Assembly (NCBI GenBank): GCA_905178155.1
Contig: CAJINV010000012.1
Span: 1,182,492 to 1,246,491 of the forward strand
Source of the DNA: Amoebophrya sp. A120
Lineage: Eukaryota; Protista; Dinoflagellata
Direction: 5' to 3'
Length of the DNA stretch: 64,000 bases
The position numbers and the translations under genes were made by a program. Below the pieces are notes generated by a model. That model saw nothing but the letters and a program-made list of their open reading frames with translations, was not told where the DNA came from and ran no database searches. Of the stretch, positions 1 to 12,507 are shown in pieces; position 1 is the stretch's first letter, and each line of letters begins with the position of its first letter.

Positions 1-3000
1 GCCCCGCGACTACCCACGGCCAAAATGTGGCCCCGGGGCTTCGCGCGATAGCCGGAGAAGAGAAGAACAGAGGGAGGGAGCGGGGCAAGGTTGGCCAGCT
101 GTGTTGCTTCCTTTGCGGCCTTGCGTCGGTTTTCGGAAAAGCTGGCCACACTTGAAAAGGCTTTGCCACTTTCCTCAAGGTCCCCCGCCCGCGTTCGTAT
201 CACCTACGGCCAAAATGTGGCGGGCCTCGGGGTTTCGCACGAGCGCCGGAGAAGCAAGGAACAGAGCGGGGCAAGGCTGGCCAGCTCGCTGGACCGCTTT
301 GCGGCCTTACATTCCCGGAAAAGCTTGCCAAGCTCCCCAGAGCTTTCAGCGTTTTCCCGAGACCCCCCTTCCCGACTTCGCACTGCCTACCGCCAAAATT
401 TGGCCCCGGGGCGTTCCGCGATAGCCCGAGAAGCAGGGAGCCAACAGAACGGAGCAAGGGATGGCTGGCTCGCTGGGCTGCTTTGCGGGCTTGGCTGAGT
501 TTTCGGAAAAGGCGGCGAGACTTCGGAGCTTTTGCAAGACCTCCCAGGGTCGCACCGCCTGCAGCCAAAGTGTGGCGCTGGGGCTTCGCGCGCTAGGTAG
601 CTCAGGGAGCAAAAATGAAGCAAAGCGGGGCAAGGCTTGCCGGCGGGACTGCTTTGCGCGCGGCCTTGCGTTTTCGGAAACGCTGGCCAAGCGAACCGGG
701 AAAAACTACCGAGGCCGATGCAAGATAGAGGCGGCCCCGCGGCTTCGCGCGATAGCGGGGGAAGCAAGGAGCTGTCGGAGGGGGGCACGCAAGGCCGGCC
801 AGTTGGCCTTGCGTTTTCGGAAAAGCGGGCCGGACTTGAAACAATTTTTCAAGTTTTTTCGCACTCCCCTTCCCCCGCCCAGCTTCGCACTACCTACGGC
901 CAAAGTGTGGCCGCGGGGCTTCGCGCAATAGCCGGAGAAGCACGGCACAGAGCGGGGCAAGGCAGGCCGGGGCCGGCTGGACGGCTTTGCCTGAGGCCTG
1001 GGGGCTTCGGAAAAGCTTGCCAAACTTGCAAAAATTTTTTGAAGTTTTTTCACGATCTCCCGCCCGCCTTCGCATTGCCTACGGCCACCCTTTGGCCCCG
1101 CGGCGTCGCGCGATAGCTGGGGAAGCTAGGATGGATGGAAAGGAGCGGGGCAAGGTTGGCCTGCCGGATCGCTTTGCGGCCTTGGGTTTTCGGAGAAGCT
1201 TGCCAGGCTTCCAAGCTTTATTTGCCAAGTTTTTTCAAGATCGCCCGCCCTCGCATTACCTCCGGGCAATGTGAGGGCGGCCCCGGGGCTTCGCGCGATA
1301 GCCGGAGCAGCAAGGAACAGACAGAGCGGAGCAAGGCTGGCCAGCTGGTCTGTTTTGATTGCGGCCTCGGGTCGGTTTTCGGAAAAGCCTGCCGAGCTTG
1401 CAAGTTTTTTTTTTCGAGTTTTTCGCATGACCTGCGGCCAACGCGTGGCCTCGGGGCTTCGCGCGATAGCAGGATAAGCAAGGAACAGAGCGGGGCAAGG
1501 CTGGCCAGCCGGAAGGCTATGCGGCCTCGGACAGACTTCCGGGACAGCTGGCCAAACTTGGAAGCTTTGGCCGCTTTGTCAGGTTTTTTCAAAATTCCCC
1601 GCCGTCGCACTCCCTGCGGCCAATCCGTGGCCCCAGGACTTCGCGCGATAGCCGGAGAAGCAGGGGAAAGATACGAGCGGGGCAAGGCTGGCCAGCTGGG
1701 CTGCGCTGCGTGCGGCCTCGCTTGGGTTTTCGGAAAAGATGGCCCGGCTTGGGGGCTCTTTTCAAGTTTCCCGAGGTGTTCCGCCTCGCATTACCCCCGG
1801 CCAATCTGCGGCCTCGGGGCTTCGCGCGATAGCTGGAGAAGCAAGGAACAGAGCGGGGCAAGGCTGGCCAGCTGGACTGCTTTGCGGCCTTGGGGGGTAG
1901 GTTTTCGGAAGCGCTAGCCTAACTTGAGAACTTTTCTCAACTGTCTGCAAGGTCCCCGGCCTTCGCACCACCTGCGGCCTCGGGGCTTCGTCCGATAGCC
2001 GGAGAAGCGAGGAACAGAGCGAGGCAGGCCGGCCAGCTGGACTGCTTTGCGGTGTCGGGGGGTTTTCGGAAAAGCTAGCCAAACTTGCGAAATCTTTTCA
2101 AGCCTTTTCAAAGGGTCCCCGCCTTCGCATTACCTGCGGCCAATCTGTGGCCTCGCCTCGGGGCTTCGCGCGGTACATAGCCGCAGAAGCAAGGAGCAGA
2201 CAGAGCGGGGGAAGGCTGGCAAGCGGGACGGCTTTGCGGCCTTGGGTTTTCGGAGCAGCTGGCCAAAGTCGAAAAGTTCTGCCGAGGTTTTCCAAAGTTC
2301 CCCGCCTTTACATTACCGACGGCCAATCTCTGGCGGGCCGCGGGGCCGCTTCGCGCGATAGCCGGAGAGGCAAGAAACAGAGCGGGCGAAGGCCGGCCAG
2401 CTGGACTGCTTTGCGGCCTTGGGCTTTCGGGGGGGCTGGCCTAACTTGGCAAATCTCCCCGAGCTGTTTCAAGGTTTCCCGCCTTCACATCGCCTACGGC
2501 CGGTTTGTTGTTGGCCTCGGAGCTTCGCGCGATGGTCGGGGAGGCAAGGAACAGACCGGGGCAAGGCGGGCCAGCTCGTTGGGCTGTTTTGTGGCCTTGG
2601 GCCTTCGGAAAAGCGGGCCAAACTTGAAAACTTTTCGCAACTTTTTCCCAGATTCCCCACCTTGTTCGCATTACCTGCGGCCAACTTCTGGCTTCGGGGC
2701 TTCGCGCGATAGCCGGAGACGCAAGGAACAGAGCGGGGCAAGGCTGGCCGGCTGGACTGCTTTGCGGCCTTGCGTTTTCGGGAAAGCGGGCCAAACTGGA
2801 AAAATTTTCTCAAGGTTTTCCAAACTTCCCCGGCTTCGCATTACCTGGGAGCGGCCAATCTGTGGCCTCGCGGCTTCGCGCGATAGCCGGAGGGGCAAGG
2901 AAAGGAGCGGGGCAAGGCTGGCCAGCTGGACTGCTTTGGTTGCGGTTTTGGCCAAACTCGAGAGCGCTCCCGCGGCTTTCGGGCTTTTACTTTTTCAAGC

Positions 3001-5062
3001 CGCCCCGCTTTCGCATTATCTCCGGCCAGTCTGTGGCCCCGAAGCTTCGCGCGCGCGATAGCCGGAGAAGCAAGGAACAGGGCGGGGCAAGACTGGCCAG
3101 CCTGGGATGCTTTGCGGCCTTGGCTTTTCGGAAAAGCTTGCCAAACTCCAAGCATTTTTCCAAATTCCCCGCGCCCGTTCGCATTCCCTCCCAACCCTTC
3201 GGCCAATTTGTGGCCCCGGGGCCTCGCGCGATAAGTGGCGAAGCAAGGAACAGAGCGGGGCAAGGCTGGCCAGCGCGCTGGACTGCTCTGCTGCCTCCGT
3301 GCTTTTTCAATATGCCCCGCCTCGCATTACCTACGGCCAGTCCGTGGCCTCGGGGCTTCGCGCGATAGCCGGGGAAGCAAGGAACAGAGCGCGGCAAGGC
3401 TGGCCAGCGAGCTTGACTGCTTTGCGGCCTTGGGTTTGCGGAAGAGCTGGCCAAAGTGTCAAGGAGCCCCGCCGTCGCATCACCTGCGGCCAAAAATTTG
3501 TGGCCTCGGGGCTTCACGCGATAGCCGGAGAAGCGGGGAGCAGGGCGGGGCAGGGCTGGCCAGCTGGACTGCTTTGTTTGCGTGTTGCCTTTGGTTAGTT
3601 TTCGGCATTACCTAAGCCCACCGCCTCGGGGCTTCGCGCGATAGCCGGAGAAGGAAGGAACAGGGCGGGGCAACGCTGGCAAGCTGGACCGCTTTGCGGC
3701 CTTGCGTTTTCGGAAAAACTGGCCAAACTTGGGGAATTTCCTCAAACCCTTCCAAGGCCTTCCGCCTTCGCATTACCTTCAGCCAATCTGTGGCGTCGGG
3801 CGGGGCTTTGCGTGGTAGCCGGAGAAGCAAGGGGCGAGGGAGCAAAGAAAGGATGGAAAGGCCGGCCCCGGCCTGCTTTTTGGCCTTGGGTTTTCGGAAA
3901 AGCGGGCCAAGCTTGCGCGCTTTTGTTTCTCGAGTTCTTTCAAGGTTTCCCGCCCGCGCATTACCTTCGGCCGCTTTGCGGCGTCGGGGCTTCGCGCGAT
4001 AGCCGGAGAAGCAAGGAACAGACGGGCAGGGCAAGGCTGGCCTGCTGGGCTGCTTTGCGGCCTTGGCTCTTCGGAGAAGCTGGCAAAATTTGGAAATTTT
4101 TTCAAGTTTTTCCAAGGTTCCCCGCCTTCGCATTACGAGCGGCCGGCCAAACTGTGGGCGGCCTCGGGGCTTCGTGCGATAGCCGGAGAGGCAAGGAAGG
4201 GAACAGAGCGGGGCAAGGCTGCCCAGCTGGTCGGCTTTGCGGCCTTGGTTGGGTTTACGGAAAAGCTAGCCAAACTTGCGAAATTTTGCCAAGTCTTTCC
4301 GAGGTTTTCCGCATTCGCATCACCAGCAGCCAACGCATGGCCCCCCTGGCTTCGCACGATAGCCGGAGGGGCACGGAGCAGGGCGCGCGGGGAAAGGCTG
4401 GCCGGCTGGACTGCTTTGCGGCCCTGCCTTGGTTTTCGGAGAAGCCGGCCAAGCTTGAGGGCTTGTCTTTTCGGGCTTTTCAAAATTTCCCGCGTTCGCT
4501 TTACCTACGGCCATTGCTTTGCCTCGGGGCTTCGTGCGATAGCCGAAGAAGCAAAGAACAGAGCGGGGCAAGGCTGCCCAGGCAGCTGGGCTGCTTCATG
4601 GCCTTGGATTTTCGGAGAAGCTTGCCAAACTTGAAAGCTTTCGAACTTTTCCAAGATTCCCCGCCGGCCTCCCTTCGCATTACCTGCGGCCAGTCTGTGG
4701 CCTCGGGGCTTCGCGCGAGAGCCGGAGAAGCAGGGAGCAGAGCGGGCCAAGGCTGGCCAACTGGGCCGCTTTGTCTGTGGCCTGGCTTACTTTTCGGAAA
4801 AGCTGGCCAAACTTGAGAAATTTTCTGAAGGCTGCCAGTCTTGGAAATACCTGCGGCCGGCCAAAATGTGGCCTCGGGGCTTCGCGCGATACCCGGCACC
4901 CCAGGGACGGAACAGAGCGGGGCAAGGCTGGCCAACTGGATTGCTTTGCGCCCTTGGATTTTCGGATAAGCTCGGCAAACTTGAAAAAGTTGCACGCTTT
5001 TCCAAGATTCCCCGCCTTCGCATTACTGACGGCCAAAATGGCGCCCCGGGGCTTCGCACGCG
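1..5062. repeat. Degenerate tandem satellite 1, unit about 170-190 bp, roughly 28 copies; runs off the window start
   Basis: Core GGGGCTTCGCGCGATAGCCGGAGAAGCAAGGAACAGAGCGGGGCAAGGCTGGCCAGC...TTTGCGGCCTTG...TTTTCGGAAAAGC recurs near 36, 228, 407, 580, 738, 915 ... 4875, 5046. Confidence 0.95.
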
Positions 5063-5077
5063 GAGCGGGCTGCAACC

Positions 5078-6935
5078 CCTCGAGAAATTTTCGCGCGTAT
5101 TCGTCCCAGCAGAAGGCCTCTCCCTTCAAGACTCGGGGCGGGCCCCATACTCTTGCGCAAAGTTTTCAAATATTCCAGAACACAACCCCCGCCCGAATAT
5201 TCGCGAGTATATCAGGGCAATCCGAAGCCCTTCGGAGAATATTCGCGCATATTCCAGGACAGTCCAGACCCCTACTGAGGCTGTTCGCGAATATTCCACC
5301 ACGGACGCAACACCTTCCCCGGCTGTTGGCGAATATTCCCCGAGCACCCGAAGACCCGGGGCGGGCCCTACACTCTTGCGAAATGTTTCCGGATATTCCA
5401 GAACACAACCCCCGCCCGAATATTCGGATACATATTTATCACGGCGGTCCGGAGCCCCCCGGGAAATATTCGCGAGCATTCCAGAGCACGACCCCTTCCC
5501 CGACTCTTCGCGAATCTTCCAGAACCAAACCCCCCCCCGACTATTCGCGAATATTCCAACCAGGAAAACCGGGAGACTCCTGGCGGGCCCAATATTCTTG
5601 CGAAATATTCCCGAACATTCCAGAACACAAGAACCCCCGCCCGAATGTCCGCGAATATTTCAGGGCAATCCGAAGCCCCTTGGGACTTGCTCTCGAATAT
5701 TCCAGAACCAACAAAACCCCCTCCCCGGCTCTTCGCGAATATTCCAGAGGAAGCGAAACTACCCTTGGCCCGCCTCTTCGCGAATATTCTTTCTAGGAGC
5801 ATACCCCTGCAGACCCCTGGCGGGCCTCCTGCTCCTGCGAAATATTTCCGAATATTCCAGAACACAACCCCCGCCCAGATATTTTTGACTATACCAGGGC
5901 AGCCCGAAGCCCCTTGGAGGGGATCGTCCAGTCTTAACTGGCCGACTGATGCCCGAAGGCCCGATACCGTATAGAATCCGAGGACTCGAGATAACTAGAC
6001 GCGGCGCATCATAGCTTCTAGCTTCCGAAGAAGCATAATCTGCTAGGCTCCGAGGAGAATTAATTACAAATCGGTTTGCTTAGTGAATCGTCACTGGATC
6101 GGTAAGATCTAGTCTCCGAGGAGCTCTCAATAGTCGTATAGCCTCCAAAGAGTATTTTTTTGATAACTGCTTGCTGTCGCTTGCGAGTCTCTTTTTTTTT
6201 GGCGATGCTGAGAAAGGCTCCGAGGAGCAAATATCAAGTTCATCGAGGTAAGGTTGATTTTATCCAAAGTTAGTTCGCCGAAGCCCCTTGGAAAGTATTC
6301 GCGAATAATCCAGAGCAAAACCCTTCCCCCGGCAATTCGCGAATATTCCACAACAGACCTCCGCTTCCGGCTGTTCGCGACTATTCTACGAACGCCCGGG
6401 GACTCGGGGTGGGCCCTATGCTCTTGCGAAATAATTGCGAATATTCGAGAACACAACCCCCGCCCGAATATTCGCGAGTATATCAGGACAGCGAGCCCAC
6501 AGCCCCTTGGGAAGCCTCTGCGAGTATTCCAGAGCAAAACCCCCTCCCCGGCTCTTCGCGAATATTCCAGAACCAAACCCGCCCCGGGTTGTGCGCGAAG
6601 ATTCTCCCGAAAGGACACCTGAAGACCCTTGGCGGGCCCGATAGGTGGTCTTGCGAAGTGTTTCGGAATATTTCAGAACACAGCCCCCGCCCGAATACTC
6701 GCGAATATACCAGGGCAGTCCGAAACCCCGGCCGGGGAGAGTGCTCGCAGATATTCCAGAACAAAACCCCTGCCGCGGCTCTTCGCGTATATTCCACGAA
6801 CAGCTGAAGGCTCTTGGCGGGCCTCATGCTTTTGGAGGTAAGTGCTTTCGAATATTCCAGAACACAACCCCCGCCCGAATGTGCGCGGATATTCCAGAAG
6901 AAAACCCCTGCCCCGGCTATTTGCGGGCATTCTAC
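5078..6935. repeat. Degenerate tandem satellite 2, unit about 220 bp built from GAATATTC/TTCGCGAA sub-repeats; interrupted at 5919-6277
   Basis: GGCGGGCCC..CTCTTGCGAAA..AATATTCCAGAACACAACCCCCGCCCGAATATTCGCGA recurs near 5137, 5360, 5582, 5820, 6410, 6631 and 6817. Confidence 0.9.
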
Positions 6936-7058
6936 TAAAAACGCTGGAAATCAGTCCGAGGCGCTTTTTTTCGGGCGCGATCGGCTTCTCCTTTATTTGC
7001 GAAAAGAAAAGGCAAAGAGCCAAAGTGCGTCAGACTTTCCTTCCGGGCTCTGGAATCA

Positions 7059-7908
7059 GACACCCCAGGCGACAGGCGGCGGCGACAGGCGACGCGACAG
7101 GCGAAACGACAGGTGGAGCGACAGGCGAAACGACAGGCGACGACGCCAGGCCAAAAGCTGCAGCGCTTCATGCGGTTCCGCACCAGCAGCAGCAACAAAA
7201 AAAAGCAAAGGGCTATTGAGTTCCGCGAGCAACAAAGCAGTTTTTTGATTTTTATTCACGTGCATAAAATAGTCCCGGTTTTTCGGATATGAATGCGCTG
7301 GCTATTTTTTACACATGAATAAAAATAAAAAAGTTGGCTTTTTCTTCTCGGAAGTAGCTGAGTCGTTGCTTTTTTTTGTTGCTGCTGCTGGTGCGGAACC
7401 GCGTGAGAAATTGCCACTTTTGGCCTGTCGCCGTCGCCTGTCGTTTCGCCTCTCCTTTCGCCTGTCGTTTCGCCTCTCCTTTCGCCTGTCGCCGTCGCCT
7501 CTCGTCCTCACCTGTCGCCGTCACCTGTCGTCTGGGGTATGTGAAAAAAATAGCTCTTTTGTTTTTATTCACGTGCAAAAAGTAATTAGTTTCTTCTTAT
7601 CCGAAAAATAAGAGTGAAGCAATTATTTTTATTTTTTGCACGTGAATAAAAATAAAAAAAAACTAACTTTTTTTTGTCGAAAGTCAATAACTGTTTTATT
7701 TATTTTTTTGCTTGGAATGTCCACGCTGCTTGTGCGAAACCGCATGGGAAGTTGCCACTTTTGGCCTGTCGTCGCCGCCTGTCGTTTCGCCTCTCCTTTC
7801 GCCTGTCGTTTCGCCTGTCCTTTCGCCTGTCGTTTCGCCTGTCGTTTCACCTCTCGCCGCCACCTGTCGCCGTCACCTCTCGCCGTCACCTCTCGTCTGG
7901 GGTATGTG
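7059..7908. repeat. Fold-back repeat block: three copies of a ~220-270 bp unit (one +, two -) containing 12-bp AGGCGAAACGAC micro-repeats
   Basis: 7059-7272 is the approximate reverse complement of 7301-7545 and of 7630-7908; shared ends TTTATTCACGTGCA and GTCTGGGGTATGTGA. Confidence 0.85.
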
Positions 7909-7943
7909 ATTACAGAACCCGGAAGTCAAGCAATATAAATATT

Positions 7944-8100
7944 AATTTTCTCTGTGTGGCAGAGAAAACTTGTAATGCGAAGATCATAAGGGAAAACAGG
8001 AAGGAAACGAGACTCCCAAGCATTTCCTGCATGAGAAAGGTTGTCTGTGTTGCCGGTCTTGCAACACAATGTGTAACTGTAACACTTTTTTCTTGCGATA
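7944..8100. mobile_element. Introner family D, left end truncated
   Basis: Right TIR GTAACACTTTTTTCTTGCGATA; body is the reverse complement of the 24550-24760 copy; about 55 bp of the left end is missing next to the fold-back block. Confidence 0.8.
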
Positions 8101-11100
8101 ATATCTGCAGCTGAAATTCCATTTCGTCCATCTCGTGTTTGTTGCGCGGACGGGCGGTCAAGGCACCTGTAGTGCGTTTTTGACTTTTACTTTTTTTTGA
8201 ATGCACAAAAATGCATGACAGAGTCACCCTCTGGTGGTGTCGTGTGCATGAGAAAGTGGATCAGTAATTTATGTAAATAAGTACCTTTATGCAACAGCTC
8301 GATGGGTTTCTTCGCTTGATTCTCGAATTCCAACACTTTTTTCAGTTGTTGCTTCAAGAATTCCTTCGTCCGCAGGTGCTCTTTCACCTCCCGATTAAAC
8401 CTATGGTCCAGCGTCTTCGCGATTCTGTTGGTGAAGGACTTGACGGCCTTCAATTGCTTCAAAATGTCCTCCGTACTCGGGCCGCCGCAGGTAGGAGAAC
8501 GAGAACCAGACCCGTAGCTGCTGGAGAATAAATTGCTCTTGACGTCGTAGTTGTATATTAACGCTTTATCATCATGCTCATAGTTGTACTCCGCCGAGGA
8601 ACTAATTGCAGCTGTTGGCGCCGTGGTCTTCTGCTGTTCTAAATCGTATTTGCTGTAAATGTTTTGCAGGCTGTTTTCTACGATTTCGCTAATCACGCTT
8701 GGATCCGCAAGTTGTAGGTGGGATTGATGTTGACCAGGTTGCACTTTTTCGATCAGCGTCGCGGACTCATTCAGGGCGTCTTCAGCACTTGCACCTGCCT
8801 CGTCCTCCTGGTCATGCGAGGACACCCCGGTTGCAGAAGAGGAAGTTGCTGGACCGACGTGGTCACCGGTTTTGATGCGACGGCTGTTCTTCGTTCTCGG
8901 TGAGCTCGGATAGGTCGGTGCAACATCATCTCGTCGTGGTTTCTGATACTGGTCGCCGTTTTTAACATCGTTTTTGTCATTTCCGCTGCCTGAAATAACC
9001 AAAGTGCTGCTCAGATTACTAATTGCGCCACCAGCGGAATCCGTACTGTGGTCAACATCGAAGAGTTCCTGCGTTATCACACAGAAATCTGGGTCTGGAA
9101 GATGCAAGGTTTTTTGTCGTGCTCGGCTACCATGCCTCTCAAGTGAGTCTGTCATGCACGTTCTTCAAAAGCTGCCCCAACTATCTGTCAGTTCGAAGAC
9201 GCAGTTTTTCATGCTGAATAGACAACATTTTTTAGCAACTCGGAAGCTTGTCTTGCTGAGCCGTCAACACTTGATGTGGCGTCTTTATGCTTGCTTCTCC
9301 ACTCAGCATCACAAGTTTATTCCAGATGACCCAGACTACATATTTGCATCTGATATGCGTTACGTCGAGACAATCATGTTCGTTGGCGCCGGACTCCAGT
9401 GCTTGTTGTCGCAGCGTGGCGAGCTGTTTTTGATGTTGTGTTTCAGTCTCTCTACAATACTTTCAAGATCATGCAGAACTGATCCGCGGAGGAAAAACAG
9501 GAGCTGCGCTTTGATGACGATAAGCATCCGCGTTTCCACCCCGCAAACGCAACTCTTCGCTCCTGTGGCTACATTTACATGCTGGCACGACGTCGCAACT
9601 GAAAAAAGAAACACAATTTACCTGCTCCTCAATTTCCCCAGCCACCTTTGTTCTAAACACCTGCAGCACCTCCTGTGTCTCGATCAACTTGCTGCCCGAC
9701 CGCCGCAAACTTTCAAACGACTCCTTATAACCCGCTCAGATGTTACAATCTCAAATGTTACAATAGAATATGGAAATCTGTGATGCAAGAAGAGTGCATG
9801 ATCTAGCCAACTCTCATAGTATTGCGCATGACAAGTTCTGGAGTCCCAATCCGCACTACAATCTGGCTAAATTTGTATTGCAGAAAGTGGAATGCTGTCC
9901 GAGTCTGTCATGTTCATCATGCAAGACAAGTCTCAGATTCTATTGTAACGCTTGAGATTGTAACACCTGAGCGGGTTGTACTCCTGCAACCGCGCTTCTA
10001 AACTGGAAATCTCCTTGGATTCTGCCTCGAGGGTTGTGTGCAGCTTTGTTATCTCCTCGCGCAAGCCTTCCTCGGTCTGCTTCTGGGCGGAGATCTGGGG
10101 TATTAATCGGGATTTTATAGAAGGTGGTACTTAATACTTCTTTGTGTGCAAAAATTTGTGATGTCGTCCTGTGGCCGCTGTAAATGATGTCATGCAGTGC
10201 TCAACTACTCTCTTTCAAATACAGCTAGCGCGCCGCTACTTACTTTTGCATATGCATAAACAACGCCAAAGCTATATTGTACCTGTTTCTCAAATTCTTT
10301 CCTTTCATCCTCGAACTTCGTCCTCTCCAAGGAGCTGCTATCGGCTGCCCGTATGCCGCGATCAGGTGTTACAATCAAAATCACAATCTCAAGTAGAACT
10401 GTTGCAAATGATACTTACACTGTTGAAAATCACGGAGCTTTGATGTAATGCAAAAGCTGGGTAAAAAAAAAATCGTTTTGCTTAACATCTCCACAGGGCT
10501 CATAAAAAAAATGCGAATGACATAATTAAAGCGGCCCGAAATAGATGCAGTAGAATTATCCGGCGAAATTTGTACTGACATGCGAAATCAATAAAGCGCC
10601 ATTTTTGTTTGTATGTACTTAATATCTGTGGCTCTCAACATGCTGTCCACCATGCAAGATCCCACAGCAAAGTCCGCGGTTTGTTATCGCACTTGAGATG
10701 TTGATTGTAAAAACACCTGAACCCCCTTCGCCGTTCATAGCCTGGAGAATGAGCTTCTGCTGCTCAAGTTTCAGGTCGTCGAACTCTTTGGTCAGTTTTT
10801 GCAGCGTCTCGCTTTTCTCCGCCAGTTGCTGTGCCGTACTAGCATGCTTCTGCTTCTCCTGAACAAGTATGGAATCCTGCAAGTCAATCGTATGTCGGGG
10901 TCTTCTTCTTCTAGAAGAAATTACTTGCAACTCGATGCGGTGCGCCGACGTGGTCCTGTACTAGGTTTCACAAAAAAAGCGCTGTTAGTTTTGCGCAACT
11001 TCCAAAAGACGCCCACAATTTTATTTTGAGAAGACTACTCTCATCCACAGGGTGGGAAACATTGCAACGACCTTGCAGAGGACGTCCCTGGAAGGTCCCG

Positions 11101-11290
11101 AATGCCAGACCTGAGGTGCGGGCATGCAAAAGTTCTGGCATGATCAAAATCATCATTCTTTGCCCGTCTCTACTTCAATTAAATTTGCAGCGGATACGAA
11201 GCTCCTCCTGCACGTCCTTCAGTTTTGGGGCCATGCTGCAGCTGCTTCGCTCGTCTTCCGTGTATCTTTATTTTTCGTCTCAAAACCTGT
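8101..11290 (-). CDS. Multi-exon hypothetical coiled-coil protein; ends uncertain, 3' end not found
   Basis: Minus-strand ORF pieces (10619-10930 QLAEKSETLQKLTKEFDDLKLEQQK; 8187-9155 KEHLRTKEFLKQQLKKVLEFENQAK) are separated by introners at 9075 and 9726. No recognisable domain. Confidence 0.4.
9075..9355. mobile_element. Introner family A
   Basis: TIR TATCAC..TCTGGGTCTGGAA / CCCAGAC..TGATA; 5-bp direct repeat TGCGT. Confidence 0.85.
9726..9980. mobile_element. Introner family E
   Basis: TIR TATAACCCGCTCAGATGTTACAATCTCAA / TTGAGATTGTAACACCTGAGCGGGTTGTA; direct repeat CTCCT; homologous to 62516-62770. Confidence 0.9.
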
Positions 11291-12175
11291 TTAGATGACG
11301 CTACTGCAGCAGACACGACGAAATGAAACGCTAAAAGAAAAGGCTCCTGCACAAGAATTCTCGTCCACGACCTTAGTTGTCAGACGCACAATGAATTCTC
11401 GCCTGGTCCACTGCAGCCCTTGTTGGTCCATCCTCACGCAGATCAATGTTTCTGTCACTCGGAAGAAAAATTTTTATGCGTGTTGTGCATAACATCTGTA
11501 CAAAAGCTCGCTCCTGCAAGAACGCAAGTAGACCCTCCGCATTCTTTCACCCGTGTTCAGGAGAGAACTTTTTCACGACTCTACCCACGAAGAGAAAAGT
11601 TGAAGTTGAGGTAAGCATTGTAACCGTAAGCGGCCAAGACCAAGAGCAAGACCACGGGAAAAAAAAATATACATGTGTTGCGAAACAACGGATCCTGGCC
11701 TGCAGTAGCCGAGGGAGTGGGAGGCACCTTCGAGCCGCGTATGTTGAAACAAACGAAAAAAAAACAACGAAGAACAGTCCAAAAGTGTGCACAGAGCAGT
11801 TGTGCCGGTCTCGGTAGGCAAATAATCCGTCCTCTTTTTAGTGTATTAAGTGCCGAGTTGTTGTACTCATCTTCAAGGCCTGACAGCTAATAACGCTCAG
11901 CATTCGCATTGCCCCTTTAAGAATACGAATAGCGTCGCGCTTTATAGCTCTACCTCTACCACTGACTTGGCCGCATGATGATGGCACGACTGTTCGGGCC
12001 ATTTCTGCATATTTGTTTTAGTTTGATTCTTCTTCATGAGCGATCTGGATTGGAGTGGCTCCCTTGTTATGGTGGTGCTTGAAGAGCATACTCGTTGTAG
12101 CAACCCCCTGACCCCAATTCCAGTTGAACAGTAAATGGCCCAAAAAAATCCAAAATTATAAAAAAACATGTAAAA

Positions 12176-12275
12176 ACTTTCAAAACTACTATAGCGCAAT
12201 CTTACATGATGAAATTAATTTTCAAAACTATAGCTCAATCTTACATCATGAAATTTTCAAAACTATAGCTCAATG
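12176..12275. repeat. Short tandem repeat, ~35 bp x ~2.7
   Basis: TTTTCAAAACTATAGCTCAATCTTACATCATGAAA repeated with small variations. Confidence 0.75.
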
Positions 12276-12507
12276 CTACGTCAATTCTTGTTTTATTTCA
12301 TTACCAAAAACTTCTACTTTTCAAAACAGGAATAAATATCGAGTAACTAAACAACATCGCAAATGATCCAAAACCGTTTTTCAAAATGGTGATTTAAATC
12401 TCTTATGTTCCTGGTGGCAGCATCAGCGCGTCTCTGCTACTAGCGACGTGTTGAGTTCTTGGAAAAAAAGTGTCGTATACTTTTGAGCTTTTTTGTCACG
12501 GTGTTTA

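Noticed and set aside
5940-5980. Hammerhead-like CTGATG..CCGAAGG segment
   Set aside because: It lacks the CUGANGA and GAAA core and the supporting stems.
1-6935. Possible CRISPR array (repeats with variable intervening sequence)
   Set aside because: The intervening sequences are homologous parts of long monomers rather than unique spacers; there are no cas genes and the context is eukaryotic.
91-7938. Many long overlapping ORFs (up to 341 aa) on both strands
   Set aside because: They are translations of GC-rich satellites with repeating peptides in all frames, not credible genes.
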